Below are positions 17,889-27,008 of a stretch of 64,000 nt of DNA, one piece after another. The DNA lies in the IMG/VR virus record IMGVR_UViG_3300013004_000026, positions 96,001 to 160,000 of that record, one strand, 5' to 3'. Positions within the stretch are counted from its first letter, which is position 1, and every line of letters begins with the position of its first letter. The stretch comes from a virus. A model generated the notes under the pieces. It did not search any database. It worked only from the letters and a program-made list of their open reading frames with translations, and had not been told where the DNA came from. The position numbers were made by a program, and so were the translations under genes.

Positions 17889-18992
17889 TTATTGCTGTGT
17901 TATAGTGAGTGAGCTGGTACTGCCTTTGTTGACATTTTGTATAATGGTCTGACCGTCTTGGTTCAAAGTAAATGTAGCATTTTTATTGGTATCAAAAGTA
18001 GCAGTGGCCGTGTGTACACCTGCTTTGTACAGTGTGACCTTGCTGGAATCTTCATTGAAATAATACAACAGTCCCAGTGACTTGTTGGCGGCATAGCCAG
18101 GCAACACTGGTATATCTAGTTCGTTGCTCAACAACGAAGCATTTTGTCTGTCTAGTTCATTCAATTCATTGTAGGCCAATAAATCTGCGTCTAAGTCATT
18201 TCTATCCAAGGCTGTTTTTTCATCTAGCGCATTGACATCTAATTTTGAAAATTTCAGTAGGTCAATATCTAATTCATTGAAATCCAACAGTCCTTTTTCT
18301 TTTCTGGCTATGCCTGCTTGCTCTGCGTCTGTTATTTCTTTTGGCTTGCTGATGATCAACATGTTGCTGATATTGGCTTGATCCAATCTTACCACCGTGG
18401 GCTCGGTAGGCGGTTGATAGGCACTGTTGACCATGGTGGCCTGATAAGGAACATCCAATAACACAACTCCTGCTAGATTTCTGACTTCTATCACACCTGT
18501 AACACAACCGCCTTTGGGATCACAACTGGGCAGCAGCATCACAAGGCTGCGCCCTAGTTCATCCACTGTCATGGAAAAATCAGTACCTCGTACGGCAATG
18601 GTAGCAGTGGGTGTTTTGATAGCTACCTGCTGGGGATTGTTTTTGGCTATCTGTCCCGAGGCATATCGTGCCGTACCCAAGGCCATGTTGATGGCCAACT
18701 TGCCTGATCCTTTCTTTGGATCATATACAAAATCATCTATGATCATTTTTGAATGTTCAGTGAGCTTGACTGTGGTTTTGTCTTCAAAGGTAAGTTCGGC
18801 CCGAGACTTGGCTGTGGAAATGGCGTCGTTCATTTCAACACCAGTATTCACAGCCGAGGGAATACTTTTCTTGTTCCTCAGAATCTCTGTAGGACCAGTT
18901 TGTTCTGTTACTTTGCCAACTGCGGCAGCAGCTTCAATCGGACTGAGTAACAGTAACGTTGTTATTAGAACCGTTGCTGGTAATAACTGCAT
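17889..18992 (-). CDS. FecR-domain protein
   Basis: VGKV...D.IST...LTFEDKTTVKLTEHS...IKTPTATIAVRGTDF. Confidence 0.88.
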   Translation of the reverse strand: MQLLPATVLITTLLLLSPIEAAAAVGKVTEQTGPTEILRNKKSIPSAVNTGVEMNDAISTAKSRAELTFEDKTTVKLTEHSKMIIDDFVYDPKKGSGKLAINMALGTARYASGQIAKNNPQQVAIKTPTATIAVRGTDFSMTVDELGRSLVMLLPSCDPKGGCVTGVIEVRNLAGVVLLDVPYQATMVNSAYQPPTEPTVVRLDQANISNMLIISKPKEITDAEQAGIARKEKGLLDFNELDIDLLKFSKLDVNALDEKTALDRNDLDADLLAYNELNELDRQNASLLSNELDIPVLPGYAANKSLGLLYYFNEDSSKVTLYKAGVHTATATFDTNKNATFTLNQDGQTIIQNVNKGSTSSLTITQQ

Positions 18993-19605
18993 TTTTATTT
19001 GACACTCCACTCTGTACCAGTGTAACCGCATTTGGTGCACCGTTTGCTCCACTGCCCGATACCGTAATTTCTCCTGAATGCAACCCCACACCAGATGCAG
19101 TGTGTGTTACATTGTTGTAGTTGCCGGTTATGGCTATGGTGCTTCTTGTTGTTCCTCCGCTGAGTGTTTGTACAGTGTTGTTATTATTACCAACTATTTC
19201 AGATCTAATGGTGTTTGCATTGCAGTTGGAAGCCAATGCTGTACCGCAGCCTACAGTTTGATTATTGCCACTACCATCAGCAGATATAACCACAGTGGCT
19301 CCAGTGCCATTGGTTTCATTGTTTACCACTACAGAAACAGTGTTACTGGCGCCTATTTGCGTGATAGTCACGCTGTTAAGATCGCCTTTGATCAGTGCAG
19401 GATCATCTGTGTTGCCTGATCCGTCAACATTTCCATTCACAAGATTACCAGCTCCTGTTTGCGTGATTGATACTGTGGAATTATCTCCTATTTGCTCAAT
19501 GTAGACATCATTGGCCCAACTGTTGGATAGCATCAGCCCTGACGCTGATAGCATGACCAACAAACTTTTCCACAATCTACTTTTATTTTTTATTTTAGTT
19601 TTCAT
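18934..19605 (-). CDS. curlin-repeat-like secreted protein (CsgA/CsgB-like)
   Basis: Repeated S/T-x-x-I-x-Q-x-G-x-x-N units (IEQIGDNS, ITQTGAGN, ITQIGASN). Confidence 0.75.
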   Translation of the reverse strand: MKTKIKNKSRLWKSLLVMLSASGLMLSNSWANDVYIEQIGDNSTVSITQTGAGNLVNGNVDGSGNTDDPALIKGDLNSVTITQIGASNTVSVVVNNETNGTGATVVISADGSGNNQTVGCGTALASNCNANTIRSEIVGNNNNTVQTLSGGTTRSTIAITGNYNNVTHTASGVGLHSGEITVSGSGANGAPNAVTLVQSGVSNKNAVITSNGSNNNVTVTQSD

Positions 19606-19702
19606 TTTAGCTCCAGATGCTTGTGCATCCATGTGTTACTTTCCCTTACTGCTCTGCTCCTTTGAAGGCGGTGCTCTCATCATTTTTGCTTCTTGCATGA
19701 CT

Positions 19703-20602
19703 TTATCTCTCGCTGGGCTGCTCCGTTGCGGGGGCTGCGCTGGCATCTGACTGGGATGGCGCGACGGTTTGTGATTGAACCAACTCATCTTTGTTCTCCT
19801 TAATTTGCGTTGTGCCACTGGCTGCAAGTTTTTTATATCTCCACAAGCCTTTCTTTTCGCCTGCTATGACCATGTCATGTACTGCTTGTTCTATGGCAAC
19901 TCGCACAGCATAGGTAGTCGGTTCATTAAGAGCAGATCCATTTTCAAGCTCAAGGGCCTTGGTACCTGCGTCTACAAAACGCAACACACCCACATTGTGC
20001 TGAGTGCTATAGATAGTTTTGCTAACAGCATTGCTTATTAGAACTTCACCACTGTTAACACTGATCAATCTGAGACTGATAACGATTTCATCCACACGGT
20101 ATTGTTGGCTTCCACCAATGCCTAAAAATCTAGCACCGTTGCCGCCACTTCTTATGTTGCTGTCATACCCTATAATGCCACCTTCAATCAGCACTCCTGC
20201 CACAGTCATTGGTTTCAATGGCCTAGCATCTTTTCCTTCATATACTTCTCGTTGATTGCGTATCAGCTGGCGCTCTTTGATCAGATTATCAAGCCCCACA
20301 CGCTCTACCACTTTGAACCAGTTGTTGGCGTCTTGCAGTGATTTTATTAAAAACACTTCTGCGCCCTGAGTGACTGCTTTTGAAAACACAGCCAATCTGT
20401 CATTGGGTTTCATCTGCCCTGTTTTGTCCGCAAATCCATACACAGCTATGGTTATAGGTGGCCCATCCAAGTCAGGTAATTTTGTTACTAGATTTTCTTT
20501 TGGCAGTAGTGCAACAGGCTCTTCTTTGTTCAGGTCCATGTTTACATGAGCACATCCCGAGAGAGCTGTCGCAAGGATTGTGTATAGCAAGATGTGTTTC
20601 AT
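19703..20602 (-). CDS. csgG: curli secretion channel CsgG
   Basis: Lipobox LSGC; AVYGFADKTGQMK, FSKAVTQG, VVERVGLDNLIKERQLIR, IEGGIIGYD. Confidence 0.93.
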   Translation of the reverse strand: MKHILLYTILATALSGCAHVNMDLNKEEPVALLPKENLVTKLPDLDGPPITIAVYGFADKTGQMKPNDRLAVFSKAVTQGAEVFLIKSLQDANNWFKVVERVGLDNLIKERQLIRNQREVYEGKDARPLKPMTVAGVLIEGGIIGYDSNIRSGGNGARFLGIGGSQQYRVDEIVISLRLISVNSGEVLISNAVSKTIYSTQHNVGVLRFVDAGTKALELENGSALNEPTTYAVRVAIEQAVHDMVIAGEKKGLWRYKKLAASGTTQIKENKDELVQSQTVAPSQSDASAAPATEQPSER

Positions 20603-21048
20603 TAAAATGCAAAGCTCGCTATTGGGACAATTATTTCTGTTCTGCCACCTGTAGCTTCAATTATGGTCAAAGTTACATCGGTGCCAGTTTTAACCCAACT
20701 GATATTTGTACCTTGAAAGTCCATGCTACCGCTGTTGCCGCCACCTTCAGCAAACATTTGATCAGCCAGCTGTTTGGATAATTGGGCGTAGATACGGGCT
20801 TCTACATTTACAAGAAATTTTGCAAGATTTGTTTGTTTTGCGGCTGCTTCTGCTTTGGCCAATGCTGCGGCTGCTTCTGCTTTGATTTCTTTGGCTTTGT
20901 TTTCTTCCATCTGGAAGATGGAAAGTACATGTTGGCTGTAGCCGTTGCCCGGTATAAACGCAGGGCTTTGAAATTGATGCACCAGCTCGGTTGGACGAGC
21001 AACCGCTGATACAGTGACTAGCGCCACCACCAGCAGTAACCTTTTCAT
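20602..21048 (-). CDS. csgF: curli assembly component CsgF
   Basis: Mature N-terminus ELVHQFQSPAF-x-G; TGGRTEI.VP; adjacent to csgG. Confidence 0.8.
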   Translation of the reverse strand: MKRLLLVVALVTVSAVARPTELVHQFQSPAFIPGNGYSQHVLSIFQMEENKAKEIKAEAAAALAKAEAAAKQTNLAKFLVNVEARIYAQLSKQLADQMFAEGGGNSGSMDFQGTNISWVKTGTDVTLTIIEATGGRTEIIVPIASFAF

Positions 21049-21157
21049 CTTCCCAGCTCCTTTTGATAATTCCGCAGGGCTTGTTGATGATTTTAATTGA
21101 TAGAAACGCCCTTGTTATGTAAGTATTTACAACATCAAGAGCATCAATTCACTGGTG

Positions 21158-21499
21158 CTATTTTGGTAAATTGGGCAGTATAAGTTTGGTTGACCCAGTG
21201 CTGATTATACGGTGCAGGATTTCACTGTAAAAACTGTCTAATTCGCCACTAAATTTTCCAATCAAACTTTTACTTAATTCTGTGGCCCTTGCACAATCGT
21301 TATTTTTTACAGCCTGTATCAACTGCTCGTGTAGTGCTACATTAGATTCAAGTGATGCCATTTCCATTACAATTTGCTCCACTGGCAACACACAAAAGGC
21401 AGGAACAAGGCCGTCAGGATGCGGCATACTGTCTAGCTCTAGCAAGGTATATCTTTTGCGTAATTCGTCGGCAACTGCTTGTGTAAGAACAATATGCAT
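21158..21499 (-). CDS. hypothetical protein
   Basis: 113-aa ORF resembling the C-terminal tail of the cyclase (LELD...G.F.G.LD.FY). Confidence 0.65.
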   Translation of the reverse strand: MHIVLTQAVADELRKRYTLLELDSMPHPDGLVPAFCVLPVEQIVMEMASLESNVALHEQLIQAVKNNDCARATELSKSLIGKFSGELDSFYSEILHRIISTGSTKLILPNLPK

Positions 21500-21500
21500 G

Positions 21501-21740
21501 TTACCACCGTTGACTTTGTTCTCTAAACGCTTCTAGTCTAGCTGCTTTATTACTTTCTGTTGCGGAACTCTGATTGCCGGTGTTTGCTAGCATGGCTGTT
21601 TGTACCACAGTTTGTTCAATGCTGTGTACTGTGTTCTTTAGTTCTTCTACATCGTCAAGTATAAACTTGATTCTGGTATCCATGGCTTTGACAATACTAA
21701 TCAGTTCGTCAACTTTGCTATCAGTTTCTTTTTCGTACAT
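21501..21740 (-). CDS. small coiled-coil protein
   Basis: 79-aa ORF in operon. Confidence 0.55.
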   Translation of the reverse strand: MYEKETDSKVDELISIVKAMDTRIKFILDDVEELKNTVHSIEQTVVQTAMLANTGNQSSATESNKAARLEAFREQSQRW

Positions 21741-22291
21741 TAGGCATGGGCCCTTTCTTTAGGGTTAACAACTTTTGCTTTTTTATATATTTCTTGAACA
21801 CCAATAGCTTGATAATAACAATCCATAAGAGCATTGTGTGCTGCTCTGCGCGATTTATCTCTTGGGTCGCCGTGTACACCAAACAATGTACGACTGTCAC
21901 GAATTTGCCAGAATTGCCATGGTGTGGGCTTGCCCAGCTGGCGATACAAGTTTTCTAAAATAACAATATCAAACGCAGGCCCTTGACACCAAATACTGTC
22001 AACTCCTACTAGAAATCTGTTCAGACTGGAGGACAATGTTTCTAGACTCACTCTGTTTGATTCGCCCATGGCTTCTTCAAAAACTTCAGATTCTTGTTTT
22101 CCCCACCAGTCAACAGTTTCTTGTTGTACATGACGGCCCAGGCTCAGTTGTTCGTCGACATCAATGCGCAGATATAAACCTGCTTCTGCATCAACATCCT
22201 CCTCCCAGGGATTGAATTTCACAGCGCCAATGGTTAAGATCACGCTTTCTGGGCGTGTGCTCAGAGTTTCTAAATCAAGCATCACATCCAT
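21740..22291 (-). CDS. DEDDh 3'-5' exonuclease (Rv2179c/RNase AS-like)
   Basis: MLDLETL, WCQG..FD, RDSRT, HNALMD. Confidence 0.88.
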   Translation of the reverse strand: MDVMLDLETLSTRPESVILTIGAVKFNPWEEDVDAEAGLYLRIDVDEQLSLGRHVQQETVDWWGKQESEVFEEAMGESNRVSLETLSSSLNRFLVGVDSIWCQGPAFDIVILENLYRQLGKPTPWQFWQIRDSRTLFGVHGDPRDKSRRAAHNALMDCYYQAIGVQEIYKKAKVVNPKERAHA

Positions 22292-22620
22292 TAGCCGTCT
22301 ACCTCAAGTTTGATTTGCAAGGGAAATCCGTTGTTTCTTGCCAGCAGTGTGGTTTCTATACCTTTTTGCTCGGCCAATTCAAAAGGATACACTGCTACAA
22401 CACCACTGCCTTCTTCATGGATTTGAACAGTTTTGGCTTCGGCAGCTTCGGGTCCGTATTTGAATATATTTTTCAAGCATTCAACAATAAATTCCATGGT
22501 AGTAATTTCATCATTGACAAAAATTACTTTGAATAGTTTTGGCTCTTGAACATTCAACTTTGGATCATGTTTCAAAGCATTTTCTTGTCTGGGCTTGATA
22601 GCAGTGTCGGTTGGCATCAT
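22291..22620 (-). CDS. clpS: Clp protease adaptor ClpS
   Basis: FKVIFVNDEITTMEFIV...IHEEGSGVVAVY...AEQK...FPL. Confidence 0.93.
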   Translation of the reverse strand: MMPTDTAIKPRQENALKHDPKLNVQEPKLFKVIFVNDEITTMEFIVECLKNIFKYGPEAAEAKTVQIHEEGSGVVAVYPFELAEQKGIETTLLARNNGFPLQIKLEVDG

Positions 22621-22635
22621 TTTCTTTCCAAAAGT

Positions 22636-22663
22636 AAAAGGCTACGAGTTGCCTCGTAGCCTA
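22636..22663 (-). terminator. intrinsic terminator after hsp20
   Basis: AGGCTACGAG-GCAA-CTCGTAGCCT followed by T-run on the minus strand. Confidence 0.8.
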
Positions 22664-22670
22664 CATTATA

Positions 22671-23123
22671 TTACTTAGAGAAAGTAATTGCAACCTTCTT
22701 GGGTTTTTGTGTTTCCGGAACTTTGTGTTCCAGAGTCACAGTGAGAATGCCATTGGCCACACCAGCACCTATCACTTCCACACTTTCATTTAGTGGAAAC
22801 ACTCGTTCAAAGTTACGAGTGGCCAGGCCGCGATGTAGATATTGCCAGGTTTCTTCACTGTCGCGCTTGCGTTCACCCCGAATGGTCAGCACACTCTGTC
22901 CATAAGTATTTGTCACAGTTTCAATGTCTAATTCATTTTCCAAAAAGCCAGCCACTGCCATTTCGATAATGTATCTATTATCACCTGTGCGAATGATATT
23001 GTGCGGTGGGTAGTTTTCTTGTTTGCTCACTTGGAAAGAGCGTTGAATCTCTTCAAACAGTTGGTCAAAACCAACAAAACTGCGATGTAGGGTGGGTAGA
23101 TCTAGAGTTACATAAGTGGTCAT
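22671..23123 (-). CDS. small heat-shock protein Hsp20 (IbpA-like)
   Basis: GFDQLF, YPPHNI, EMAVAGF, YLHRGLA.RNF, NGIL. Confidence 0.95.
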   Translation of the reverse strand: MTTYVTLDLPTLHRSFVGFDQLFEEIQRSFQVSKQENYPPHNIIRTGDNRYIIEMAVAGFLENELDIETVTNTYGQSVLTIRGERKRDSEETWQYLHRGLATRNFERVFPLNESVEVIGAGVANGILTVTLEHKVPETQKPKKVAITFSK

Positions 23124-23181
23124 TTTATTTTCTCCTTTAAGCAAAATATGACTTGTAAGACCCCGTAGGCATCTTACATTT

Positions 23182-23189
23182 TATTTATA
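23182..23189 (-). promoter_or_regulatory. T4-late-like promoter TATAAATA (representative of ~23 TAAATA boxes in the window)
   Basis: TAAATA just upstream of starts at 2492, 3719, 6809, 6872(+), 10459, 10494(+), 15026, 15398, 17852, 21124, 23182, 26942, 28585, 29269, 32911, 41305, 43665, 44792, 45844, 46285, 46828, 53519, 56950(+). Confidence 0.75.
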
Positions 23190-23223
23190 CTACATAAAAC
23201 TGCATAAGTCAAGTATTTTGATA

Positions 23224-23460
23224 CTAATAACTTTTTGGAGGCAAAGCATCGCTGGCTAATTTTTTGAGCCAGCGTCTACGAGCTGCACTTTTGGCTTTTT
23301 TCCTGGCCGTAGTAGGTTTTTCATAAAATTCACGCTCGCGCAGTTCTTGCAGTAACCCGCTTTCGGTAACTTTCTTTTTGAATTTGCGCAGTGCTTTTTC
23401 CACTTGGTCGTTGACCACTTCTACTCGTAAACCAGACAATTGGTTAGACTTAAATCTCAT
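23224..23460 (-). CDS. rpsU: ribosomal protein bS21
   Basis: VEKALRKFKKKV...LQELREREFYEKPT..RK; SD AGGAG. Confidence 0.92.
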   Translation of the reverse strand: MRFKSNQLSGLRVEVVNDQVEKALRKFKKKVTESGLLQELREREFYEKPTTARKKAKSAARRRWLKKLASDALPPKSY

Positions 23461-23467
23461 AATTCTC

Positions 23468-24658
23468 CTATTGAGCAACAGTATTAATTATCATCGATTC
23501 ATCAATGATTAAATCTTTAATGCCTTCTTTTTTCAGCTGAGTCATATTGAACAGCAAAGGCATCATGGTTGTTTCTAAAACAGCTTTGAGTCCTCGAGCA
23601 CCTATACCCATGGCATGAGCCTGTTGAGCAATAGCAAGTACTGCACTGTCATCAAACTGTAATTCAATTCCGTCTGTTTGAAAAAAGAACTGCATCTGTG
23701 CCAGTAGACTATTTTTTGGTTCTAATAACACTCGCATTAGATCTTCTAAATTCAAACTATGCAATGGTACCGTGACTGGAAACCTTCCAACAAATTCTGG
23801 AATCATGCCATAGCGCATGAAATCTTCAGCTGTGGCGCTGTCTGTGTGATTGGTTGTTTGCAAGTTAGTAAACCCAATGCTGCTGCCGCGTAATCGTTTG
23901 GCAATAATACCATCAAGCCCGTCAAAGGCTCCGCCGGCCACAAACAATATATTACTTGTATCAATTTCAACTGTTTCCAAAGCTGGATGCTTTTTATTTC
24001 CATTCATTGCAACACGACATTTTGTTCCTTCAACCATTTTAAGCAATGCCTGTTGTACACCTTCGCCCGACACATCTCTATGAAGACTAGCACTTTCACT
24101 CTTACGGCCAATTTTATCAATTTCATCAATAAACACAATGCCCTGCTCGCAGCGTTCTACATCATTGTCTGCTTCAGATAGCAAACGGCCAACCAAGGTT
24201 TCCACATCCTCGCCAACATAGCCGGCTTGTGTGAGGCTGGTAGCATCTGCAATTACAAATGGCACATTCAAATATCGTGCAATTGTTTTGGCCAACAGAG
24301 TTTTGCCAGACCCAGTAGGACCATAAAATAACAGGTTACTTTTTTCAATTTCAATTTTAGGTTTGAAAAACACTCGTTTGTAGTGATTGACCACAGTAAC
24401 GCACATGGCTATTTTGGCGGCGTCCTGCCCCACAATGTAGGTATCTAGAAATCGTTTGATTTTTACAGGATCAAGAGCTCGGCTGATTTTTTTATCAGAC
24501 TTGATATTTTCAATGCGTTCTTTGTCAAGAATGTTGGCACACAGTTCAATGCATTCATTGCAAATTGCAGCTTCATTGGCCACAATCAGTTTGTCAACTT
24601 CACTGCGAGCCTTGCCGCAAAAATCGCAGCTCATGTGCTGCACTTGATTTTCAGCCAT
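23468..24658 (-). CDS. clpX: ATP-dependent Clp protease ATPase subunit ClpX
   Basis: C4 zinc finger CDFC...CNEC, GPTGSGKT, AGYVGEDVE, FIDEIDKI, IGF loop, GARGL. Confidence 0.96.
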   Translation of the reverse strand: MAENQVQHMSCDFCGKARSEVDKLIVANEAAICNECIELCANILDKERIENIKSDKKISRALDPVKIKRFLDTYIVGQDAAKIAMCVTVVNHYKRVFFKPKIEIEKSNLLFYGPTGSGKTLLAKTIARYLNVPFVIADATSLTQAGYVGEDVETLVGRLLSEADNDVERCEQGIVFIDEIDKIGRKSESASLHRDVSGEGVQQALLKMVEGTKCRVAMNGNKKHPALETVEIDTSNILFVAGGAFDGLDGIIAKRLRGSSIGFTNLQTTNHTDSATAEDFMRYGMIPEFVGRFPVTVPLHSLNLEDLMRVLLEPKNSLLAQMQFFFQTDGIELQFDDSAVLAIAQQAHAMGIGARGLKAVLETTMMPLLFNMTQLKKEGIKDLIIDESMIINTVAQ

Positions 24659-25013
24659 AATTTTTGATAAAGAAGTCCATGGGTGACTCTATCTTTTGCT
24701 TGTTTGCCAAGAAAGACTTGTTTCCGTAGTAGTACACATTTGGTGCTTTGAGCAACTGTTTCTTTATGTGATCCACTGCGCTGTTTGCTGTGTTTAGAAT
24801 AATTGTGTCAACACTGTTAATGGCCTGTACTAGCCAGATTTCATCCAACATGATGTCACTGTAGATGTAAACATTGAGATTCAAGGGTGCAGTTTTGCAC
24901 CACAGAGCAAGGGTATCAATGTCATTCCAGTCTGCATCAATGATAAGCACTGACGGAAAGTCATCATCAACAAAGTCTGGTGGAGTTACAAAATTACTAT
25001 AATGTTGTGTCAT
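24651..25013 (-). CDS. hypothetical protein
   Basis: ORF in operon. Confidence 0.6.
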   Translation of the reverse strand: MTQHYSNFVTPPDFVDDDFPSVLIIDADWNDIDTLALWCKTAPLNLNVYIYSDIMLDEIWLVQAINSVDTIILNTANSAVDHIKKQLLKAPNVYYYGNKSFLANKQKIESPMDFFIKNYG

Positions 25014-26937
25014 TGCGTTTGAGATGTTGTTCAATTTCATCTTTTTCAGTTTGACTTAGATCATCCACATCAGTTTCACCTTTGCGAATGCTGTCAATCA
25101 AATGTTCGATATACGCTTGGTTGTAGGCCAATCTGTCATTGCCAGTTTTATCAATTTCAATCCACTTGCTGTTGTTCCATTTGAACAGTCTGCTTGGCAA
25201 ATAATCTACTCGTAGAAAAATGTCACCTTTTTGCGGACTGGCAGGAAATTCAATTCCAAAATCTGCGTTCTCGTTGTGATCTGTGACTGGTGCTGTGTAC
25301 TTGCTAAAATAGCGTTGTTCGTAACCTAGTTTTGGATCATAGTTTGTTTCTTCGCCTGCTATGATTTGTTCTGGAGCAGGTGGCTCTGGGTCGGGCATTT
25401 GAACAACTATTTCTTCAGCCACTTCTTCCACCAGTACTGGAGGAGGCAGAGGAATCTGTGTCAATGCTGCATTTAATTTTTCGTTGCGTTCTTGTGCCAG
25501 TGCCACTGCTGCCTGCAAATCAGATTGCAAACTTTCAATGTATTGTTTTAACTGTGCCACTTCGGTGTCACTGTTGGTAAGCTGTATGCGCAGTTTGGCC
25601 GCTGTGTTATTGGCAGTGATTAGATCTTGTGCAAGTTGTGTTTTATCAGCAGTCAAGTCTTGATTGGTTGCTGTGGTAGCGTTTATGGCAATCTGCAGGT
25701 CGCTCTTGACCTGTTCGGCCTGTGCCAATTGAGCTTCAAGTTCTGCTCGGCGCTGTTCAGTTTCAGTGACTCTGGCCTCTACTTGCAAAAACTCTTGAGC
25801 AAGATTATCTAAAAATTCCTGTTGCTCGCGCACTTTGACTGCCAACTGTTCTTCAGATTCTGACACTGTTTTGGCTTGTTCTACCATGGCATCGACATCT
25901 ATTGCAGAATCAATCTCAGCCAGTTTTTCATTGGCTTCTTGAGTCAGGCGTTCAGCTTCTTCTGCGTCCAGGGCCTTGGCAATCATCCGGCCGCGCCAGA
26001 AAAAGCGTTCAACTTCTTCAAGTTCTTTCTTCTCGCGTTCTTCCTCTGAAAGAGGATGTTCTTGTTCGGTTATTTCTGCTGGCTCTGGTGCCTGTACAGG
26101 ACTTTTTTCTTTTGGTTCAAACACCGTGCGTTCAATTGGGCCTGGCCGGTCTTCTTCATCATGTATCCAACCGCCGCGACCTTGCCTAGCCCATTCCAGT
26201 TGTTTGTTGCCTGCGAGAATGAGTGTGAGAGCCAACGGATCAAACACAATAACAATCAAGATGATCACCCAGCGCACTGCGGCTTCCAGCATGTTCTGGC
26301 TGGCAGCATCTCCGTAGATCAGGGCCGCAATGTATTTGATAGGCCCAACTTCTGCCTCCACTTTTCGGAATTCAGCTCGCAGTGGCGCGGCCTCTTGGCT
26401 AAGGGCAGTAATAGTTTTCTGTTCGGCCTGGATCTCAGACTGAAGTCTGACTCGTTCTTTCTGCTGTGAGCGACGGATTTGCACAGCCTTATCGGCACCT
26501 TTTTCATCACTGCTTCGGCCCATGACCTGGTCCACAGCTTCATCCATCTGTTTAAGAGCTTTACGATTGGCCTCAATATTGTCTTTGGAGATTTGAATTT
26601 TTTCATCATATATGGCAACCCGAGCCATGGCGTCACCTGACACTAGACTTTGGTCACCGTGTGCTTTGGAGAGGAATCCAAAGATGCCCATGCTTGTGAG
26701 TAGCATGAGGAATATGATAGCAGGAATGAGATACAGCTTGAATGCCATGCCGACCCGCTGCCAGTTGTTGTGCAACCAAACAGTTGCTACAATTTTACCT
26801 GCTTCTAGTGCACCGCCCATGATCATGACGGGAACAACTGCGGCTGCAAAAATGGCTGTGAGACCTACCACTGAATAGTAGGCAGCAATGGCTGAGATTA
26901 GTACAGCCACTATGAGAATTAGGTATCCAAAGATCAT
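24997..26937 (-). CDS. multi-TM membrane protein with long coiled coil
   Basis: N-terminal TMs (AAYYSVVGL, LEAGK, TSMGIFGFLSKAH), VGPIKYIA, VFDPLA; acidic coiled coil. Confidence 0.8.
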   Translation of the reverse strand: MIFGYLILIVAVLISAIAAYYSVVGLTAIFAAAVVPVMIMGGALEAGKIVATVWLHNNWQRVGMAFKLYLIPAIIFLMLLTSMGIFGFLSKAHGDQSLVSGDAMARVAIYDEKIQISKDNIEANRKALKQMDEAVDQVMGRSSDEKGADKAVQIRRSQQKERVRLQSEIQAEQKTITALSQEAAPLRAEFRKVEAEVGPIKYIAALIYGDAASQNMLEAAVRWVIILIVIVFDPLALTLILAGNKQLEWARQGRGGWIHDEEDRPGPIERTVFEPKEKSPVQAPEPAEITEQEHPLSEEEREKKELEEVERFFWRGRMIAKALDAEEAERLTQEANEKLAEIDSAIDVDAMVEQAKTVSESEEQLAVKVREQQEFLDNLAQEFLQVEARVTETEQRRAELEAQLAQAEQVKSDLQIAINATTATNQDLTADKTQLAQDLITANNTAAKLRIQLTNSDTEVAQLKQYIESLQSDLQAAVALAQERNEKLNAALTQIPLPPPVLVEEVAEEIVVQMPDPEPPAPEQIIAGEETNYDPKLGYEQRYFSKYTAPVTDHNENADFGIEFPASPQKGDIFLRVDYLPSRLFKWNNSKWIEIDKTGNDRLAYNQAYIEHLIDSIRKGETDVDDLSQTEKDEIEQHLKRNDTTL

Positions 26938-27008
26938 ATGATATTTACCAAGGGTTTGGCACTATATTACACGATTTATCAGGCTAGTGCAACTCAAACG
27001 GTAAATTA

